Source: Acidimicrobiales bacterium
GTDB lineage: Bacteria; Actinomycetota; Acidimicrobiia; Acidimicrobiales; Bog-793
Assembly: GCA_050008715.1 (NCBI GenBank)
Contig: JBEKMC010000005.1
Span: forward strand, 2,473-66,472
DNA: 64,000 bases
Reading direction: 5' to 3'
Numbering within the stretch: the first letter of the stretch is position 1; each line of letters opens with the position of its first letter. Shown here piece after piece: positions 58,858 through 64,000 of this stretch. The position numbers and the translations under genes are program-made. Under the pieces are notes generated by a model. That model was not told the origin of the DNA. It saw only the letters and a program-made list of their open reading frames with translations, and ran no database searches.

Positions 58858-59445
58858 CTAGACGATGATCCCGGTCAGCACCAGATCGACGATGTACTCG
58901 AGGACTTCGTCATTCAAGGGCTCCTTCGTCAGCAGGAATCGTAGGTACAGCGGTCCGACCAACGTCTCTATCGTCAGGAAGCGGTCTACGCCAGAACGCA
59001 GCTCCCGGCGATGCTCAGCTCGATCGAGGATGGCAGATGCACGCGTGAAGCGCTCGTTCCAGTACTTGTCACGCCCCGCGTCGGAGTTCGGGAGATCGAT
59101 TCTCAACGCCATGCGCACCATATTCTCCCCGAGCGGAGTGCCGAGGAACCCTGCGATGGCACGGAGCAAGGCGAGCAGGTCCTCGCGCAGGGATCCCGTG
59201 TCGGGAGTCGGGATCTCCAGCTGTGCAACGCTGAGCAGCGCGTCGATCGCGAGGTCGGCCTTGGTCCCCCAGCGCCGGTAGATGGACGACTCGTGCACTT
59301 CGGCACGTTCGGCAACCTCTTTGATCGAGAGCGTGTCGAATCCGCTTTCGGAAAGGACGTCGATCGTGGCCCCGAGCACCGATGTCCGCACCCGGGCGCT
59401 CCTACCCCCGGTCCGGCGAACCCGTGGAGGATCGTCGTCGACCAT
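58858..59445 (-). CDS. TetR family regulator
   Basis: GGRSARVR, VAERAEVHESSIYRRW, PDTGSLREDL. Confidence 0.92.
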   Translation of the reverse strand: MVDDDPPRVRRTGGRSARVRTSVLGATIDVLSESGFDTLSIKEVAERAEVHESSIYRRWGTKADLAIDALLSVAQLEIPTPDTGSLREDLLALLRAIAGFLGTPLGENMVRMALRIDLPNSDAGRDKYWNERFTRASAILDRAEHRRELRSGVDRFLTIETLVGPLYLRFLLTKEPLNDEVLEYIVDLVLTGIIV

Positions 59446-59493
59446 ACCGGAAGTTATACCGAGACTCCCTCGTACGGGGTCGGCTGGGTATGC

Positions 59494-59515
59494 TAAGGCG
59501 AACCCACTCGCGTTA
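59494..59515. promoter_or_regulatory. Putative TetR operator
   Basis: TAAGGCGA-N6-TCGCGTTA (7/8 palindromic) upstream of tetR. Confidence 0.55.
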
Positions 59516-59615
59516 ACAGGACGGTGAGGAAGGCCAGGCGGTCGCGACGTCACGGCGTCTCCTCGGATCTCAGGAGGACAACTTTGATGCTCCTATTCCC
59601 ATCGACCTCGGCGCG

Positions 59616-60002
59616 ATGGCATGGGCTGTCTTCGTCTGCCAGATCTTTATGACCGTCGAGTGGAGACGGCAGTTTGCCTTCGTCGGGCTGATCGGTGGGC
59701 GCTGGACGCTGATGTTGCTGGCCGAGTTGGCAGCTGGCGGTCGTCGCTATCAGGATCTTCACGACGGCTTGGATGGCATCTCGCACAAGGTGCTCACCGA
59801 TACGCTGCGGCGCGCTGAGCGCGACGGTCTCATCATGAGGCATCTCGACTCCGGACGGACGGACACTGCAAACGTCTATGAGCTCACCGATCTCGGCCGA
59901 TCGCTCGAAGAACCTCTCGCCGCGCTCGGGCGGTGGGTTGAGGTCAACTGGAACCAGGTCGAAGCAGCTCAGAGCAGTTGGGCCGACCGAGCTCAGAGCT
60001 GA
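59616..60002 (+). CDS. HxlR family winged-helix regulator
   Basis: IGGRW, GISHKVLTDTLR..ERDGL, YELT.LG; start uncertain. Confidence 0.85.
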   Translation: MAWAVFVCQIFMTVEWRRQFAFVGLIGGRWTLMLLAELAAGGRRYQDLHDGLDGISHKVLTDTLRRAERDGLIMRHLDSGRTDTANVYELTDLGRSLEEPLAALGRWVEVNWNQVEAAQSSWADRAQS

Positions 60003-60158
60003 TCGAAGGCCGGCTGACGCTGGAACTGCTGACAGGCACTTCCAGGTGCCTCAGCTTTCGTTGAAGTGCGATTTGACCTGGTGTTAAAGTTCGCTCTGAC
60101 ACGACGGGTAGTCCCGTAGCTGTGTTGGATTCTGCCTGAACCACCTGGCAGCCTCCGG

Positions 60159-60185
60159 GAGCGTTGCTCCGGACCTCGGTAGCGC
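60159..60185 (+). repeat. Dispersed hairpin motif, copy identical to 48827-48853
   Basis: 27/27 identity. Confidence 0.9.
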
Positions 60186-60288
60186 TGGCTTGGCAGATCG
60201 ATCCACGAGACGCCTGGTTCGCACAGGACGACCGCCCCACGGTCTATCGCCCGCACGGGCTCGGCGCCTCCTCAGCTACGGGAACGCC

Positions 60289-60480
60289 ATGACATCGACC
60301 GTCTCGATCACACGAGCATCGTCCGCTTGGGCGATCTTCAACGACCAGTCCTTCTCCTTCGAAACGCTCCGTGCCCTTGGCTACGCCCCATACGGTGGCG
60401 CCGACATCGGCGAAGTCACGAGCACGGCGAGCCGGATTCCCGACGGTGACAAGACCGCCTGGTACTCCGAGTGGCGGGCG
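60289..60480 (+). pseudogene. N-terminal remnant of an alpha/beta hydrolase
   Basis: F.FETLRALG..YGGADIGEV..RI.DGD..W..EW, then abrupt loss of similarity. Confidence 0.7.
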
Positions 60481-60554
60481 CGCAACGCCAGGTGTGGCAT
60501 CGCGGTTCAGGTCATGAGCGAAGGTACTTGGAAACCAACGGCAGGAACGATGCC

Positions 60555-62165
60555 ATGACGGCGATTCTCGACAACCCGCCCGCACCCGTTGCTGCGTCCG
60601 CCGAGCGAAAGTGGTGGGCGCTCGGTGCCCTCGCGCTGGCCGGGTTGGCGGTCGGTGTGGATGGCACCGTCCTGAGCGTGGCCCTGCCCACGCTCTCCAG
60701 GGCGTTGCATGCGTCGGAGTCCGATCTCCAGTGGTTCTCGTCGGGCTATTTCCTCGTGCTGGCCGCGGCGATGCTGCCTGCCGGCCTTCTCGGCGACCGT
60801 TTCGGTCGCAAGAAGGTCCTCCTCATCTCCCTGGCGCTCTTCGGGGCCGGATCCGCTGGATGTGCCTATTCGACGTCGGTGGGGGAGTTCATGGCTGCCC
60901 GGGTGCTCGTTGGGCTAGGCGGCGCCGGGCTCATCGTCATGGCCTTTTCAGTTCTCACGGTGCTGTTCAGCAAGGGGGAGCGGCCGATGGCCGTGGGGGT
61001 CCTGTCGGGGGCGAGCTTCGTGGCCTTCCCGATCGGCCCCATCCTCGGTGGGTGGCTGCTGACGAACTACTGGTGGGGCTGGGTGTTCGTGATCAATATT
61101 CCGGTCGTCCTCGTGGGCTTGGTTGCTGTCGTCGCCGCGGTGCCGGAATCCCGCGCCTCGAAACACCCGGGCTTGGACCTCGTCGGAGTGCTGTCCTCGG
61201 CCGCCGGGCTGGTCATCTTGACCTATGGCCTCATCAAAGCGGGCCAGGAGGGCTGGGGCAATGTCCACGCGCTCGCCATGATGATCTGTGGAGTTGCGTT
61301 GTTGGTGGGTTTCTTCGCCTGGGAGCGCCGGCTGACCCACCGGCCCGGCGGTCAGCCACTGATCGATTTGACGCTCTTCTCCTCGGCTTCATTCACCTGG
61401 GGGGTCATCCTCGCCGTGCTCCCGCTCCTCGCCATGCTCGGGATCCTGTTCACCATGCCGCAGTACTTCCAGGGCGTGCTCGGCACCAACGCCATGGGCT
61501 CGGGCGTGAGACTGCTGCCCCTCGTCGCCGGACTTATTGTCGGAGCGCTACCGGCGGCCAGGGTCGTGCGCCTGGTAGGTGCCAAAGTGGCCGTCGCCGC
61601 CGGGTTCGCCCTGCTGGCGGTCGGGCTCTTCCTCGGCTCCACCATGAGTGTCGGTTCGAGCGGCGTCTTTGTTGCGCTGTGGATGGGGGTCGCCGGACTG
61701 GGGACCGGCATCGCCATGGCCACGGCCATGTCCGCCGCCCTGGTCGAGCTGTCGGAGGAGAAGAGTGGCGTGGGCGCAGCGGTCATGCAGGCGGTCAACA
61801 AGACCGGAGGCCCGCTCGGCATCGCCATCCTCGGCAGTGTCCTCAGCGCCGGCTACCTGGCCCGCCTCGACTTGGCGGGGCTCCCGGCGGCCGCTGTGGC
61901 CGCTGTTCGCCAAAGCGTCTTCGGCGGCGTGGCAGTCGCCCGAAAGCTCCACTCGCCATCGCTACTTACCTCGGTGCAGCGAGCCTTCGTGCACGGGATG
62001 GACATGGCACTCCTCGTCTCAGCCGGGATAGCCCTCACCGGTGTTGTCCTCACCGTGCTCTTCCTGCCTCAGACGAATGCCTCGAGGCAGCCGCTCAACG
62101 CTGGAGTGGACACCCAGGGCCGAGGAGTCGACGACCGGCCGATGACCACAGACCGGGTTGCGTGA
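60555..62165 (+). CDS. DHA2 (EmrB/QacA) MFS transporter
   Basis: VDGTVLSVALP, LGDRFGRKK, WWGWVFVINIP. Confidence 0.92.
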   Translation: MTAILDNPPAPVAASAERKWWALGALALAGLAVGVDGTVLSVALPTLSRALHASESDLQWFSSGYFLVLAAAMLPAGLLGDRFGRKKVLLISLALFGAGSAGCAYSTSVGEFMAARVLVGLGGAGLIVMAFSVLTVLFSKGERPMAVGVLSGASFVAFPIGPILGGWLLTNYWWGWVFVINIPVVLVGLVAVVAAVPESRASKHPGLDLVGVLSSAAGLVILTYGLIKAGQEGWGNVHALAMMICGVALLVGFFAWERRLTHRPGGQPLIDLTLFSSASFTWGVILAVLPLLAMLGILFTMPQYFQGVLGTNAMGSGVRLLPLVAGLIVGALPAARVVRLVGAKVAVAAGFALLAVGLFLGSTMSVGSSGVFVALWMGVAGLGTGIAMATAMSAALVELSEEKSGVGAAVMQAVNKTGGPLGIAILGSVLSAGYLARLDLAGLPAAAVAAVRQSVFGGVAVARKLHSPSLLTSVQRAFVHGMDMALLVSAGIALTGVVLTVLFLPQTNASRQPLNAGVDTQGRGVDDRPMTTDRVA

Positions 62166-62394
62166 GTGCGTCGTGGGCGTAGACCCGGGCGACGTTTTCC
62201 TTGGCTCTCCGGAGTGGGGGGCACGCGCTGCTCGCGCCTTGGAGCAGAACGCACCGGTCACATCGTTGTGGCGGACGCCGCTGATCACATTCCCCGACCA
62301 TGCACCGTTCCGATGGGCTCTCCGTTTCCCTGCGCGGTGTGCTCCGGTCGTTGAACGCCGCGCCGATGACAACGATTTCTGAGGAGTGAAGCAG

Positions 62395-64000
62395 ATGACG
62401 AAGATGACAGAAAGAGCGCAGACGGGGCAGCCGCGCAGCCGGCGGGACGCGACGGCGGGAGGGGGGCCTCCGGTCAACGGTGATCACTTCGCTGGCGACA
62501 TGCGCGGCTCGATCGAACGGGCATTCCTCCGGGCCGGCGGTTTGGGCAGAGAGGCGGTGCGCCGCCGTCCGATCATCGGGATCTGTTCGAGTTGGAGCGA
62601 GCTGAATCCTTGCAACATGGGACTTCGTGACCTGGCCGAGTCGGTGAAGAGCGGAGTCACCGCGGCAGGGGGAACCGCGGTCGTGTTCCCGACCATCTCG
62701 TTGGCCGAGAACTTCATCGTGCCCACCACGATGCTGTTGCGGAACCTGATGGCGATGGACGTCGAGGAGATGATCCGGTGCAGCCCCATCGACGGTGTGG
62801 TCCTGCTGTCCGGTTGCGACAAGACGGTGCCGGCGCAGTTGATGGGTGCGGCCAGCGCCGGCAAACCGGCCATCATGCTGACAGCAGGTCCTCGCAGCTG
62901 CGGTCAGTTCCAGGGACGCGCTGTCGTCACCTCGGACGTCTGGACGCTCGGGCCCGATCGCATCATGGGCCGCATCGACGACGACGAGTGGGACGAGCTC
63001 GAAGCCGTCTTCGCCCCAACGGTCGGGGTCTGCAATGTCATGGGTACCGCCACCACCATGGCGGTTGCCACCGAGGTCCTCGGCATGGCGTTGCCGGGCT
63101 CAGCCGTTGTGCCGGCCGTCGAATCCCGCCGGAGCGACCTGGCCGAGCGCACCGGCGTCCGTGCGGTGGAGTTGGCCCGTGCCGGCATTCGCCCCGAGTC
63201 GGTGATGACGCAGAGCGCCTTCGACAACGCCCTGTGCGTGTTGGCGGCCACAGGTGGTTCGACCAACGAGTTGATCCACCTCGAGGCGATCGCCGGTCGG
63301 CTCGGCATATCCCTCGGACTCGATCGGTTTGCCGGCATCGGCGAGATGACCCCCCAGGTGCTCGGCGTCCGCCCATCTGGCGCCTTCTCGCTCGAGGATT
63401 TCGACCATGCCGGCGGTGTCCCTGCTCTGTTGGCCGTGCTGGAGCCTCTGCTGGACCGAGCCTCGGTCCTGGGCGATGGCAGGACGGTGGCTGAGGTCTC
63501 TGCCGCCGTGCGCTCCGCCAAGCCACGACCCAATCCCTGCCTCCGCTCCCTCGAGGATCCCTTCCAGCCCGAAAGTGGACTCGTCGTGCTGCGCGGCTCC
63601 CTTGCTCCGAGAGGTGCAGTCTTCAAGCGGTCGGCTGCACCACGTGCCTTGTGGACCCACCGCGGTCCGGCTGTCGTCTTCGACTACCACACGGCACAGA
63701 CGCGGGCTCAAGACCCCGACCTCCACGCCTCGCCCGACAGCGTCATCGTGTTGCGCCACGCCGGACCCGTCGGGGCACCCGGCATGCCGGAGGTCGATTT
63801 CGTCCCCATCCCAGCGGTACTTCGCAAAGCGGGCATCGCGGAGCTCGTATGCGTCACCGACGGACGAATGAGCGGAACCGAGGGAGGCGCCACCGCATTG
63901 CACGTCACCCCCGAGGCGGCCGTCGGCGGTCCGATCGGACTCGTCCGTGACGGCGATGAGATCGTGCTCGACGCCACGACCGGCAGACTGGATCTGCTGG
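62395..64000 (+). CDS. IlvD/Edd family dihydroxy-acid (sugar-acid) dehydratase, runs off the window
   Basis: GAGGAG RBS; my translation gives PIIGICSSWSELNPCN, GCDKT, CNVMGTA, GGSTN, TDGRMSGT, HVTPEAA; absent from the ORF track because there is no stop. Confidence 0.92.
   Translation, partial: MTKMTERAQTGQPRSRRDATAGGGPPVNGDHFAGDMRGSIERAFLRAGGLGREAVRRRPIIGICSSWSELNPCNMGLRDLAESVKSGVTAAGGTAVVFPTISLAENFIVPTTMLLRNLMAMDVEEMIRCSPIDGVVLLSGCDKTVPAQLMGAASAGKPAIMLTAGPRSCGQFQGRAVVTSDVWTLGPDRIMGRIDDDEWDELEAVFAPTVGVCNVMGTATTMAVATEVLGMALPGSAVVPAVESRRSDLAERTGVRAVELARAGIRPESVMTQSAFDNALCVLAATGGSTNELIHLEAIAGRLGISLGLDRFAGIGEMTPQVLGVRPSGAFSLEDFDHAGGVPALLAVLEPLLDRASVLGDGRTVAEVSAAVRSAKPRPNPCLRSLEDPFQPESGLVVLRGSLAPRGAVFKRSAAPRALWTHRGPAVVFDYHTAQTRAQDPDLHASPDSVIVLRHAGPVGAPGMPEVDFVPIPAVLRKAGIAELVCVTDGRMSGTEGGATALHVTPEAAVGGPIGLVRDGDEIVLDATTGRLDLL

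Noticed and set aside
62225-62252. Possible further inverted copy of the dispersed motif
   Set aside because: Only the ends match and gaps are needed; could be chance in GC-rich DNA
21-64000. Many long antisense or alternate-frame ORFs (e.g. 1440-3365, 13399-14940, 16792-18447, 33986-35182, 60611-62182)
   Set aside because: Shadow ORFs expected in high-GC DNA; Arg/Pro-rich with no motifs, overlapping well-supported genes

Overview
High-GC actinobacterial DNA; gene content suggests Acidimicrobiia (inference). Left to right: a 5'-truncated GH3 glucosidase, tdh-kbl, a D-aminoacylase and a Zn/Mn-type ABC transporter. Next is an ~11 kb respiratory cluster with a membrane-anchored cupredoxin, heme-copper oxidase subunits II/I/III, a 38-aa membrane ORF, two CtaG and two SCO proteins. 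Its subunit I lacks the canonical D- and K-channel residues and the layout resembles acidophile iron-oxidiser oxidases. Then come secreted proteins, a LuxR/AAA module and two WYL-DinB modules. An IS1595-family element (30-bp TIRs, 8-bp target duplication, frameshifted transposase, two passenger ORFs) is followed by tandem GAF-ANTAR genes and two DHA2 MFS pumps. A PHA cluster (phaB, phaC, phaZ, phasin-like, XRE) has no phaA thiolase but has a 649-aa FabH/KAS III-like protein beside phaB. A dispersed ~27-bp hairpin motif recurs between 46 and 60 kb, often 115-127 nt upstream of a co-oriented gene. The window ends inside an IlvD/Edd dehydratase. No rRNA, tRNA or CRISPR array was seen. All family calls come from motif recognition by eye; no searches were run.
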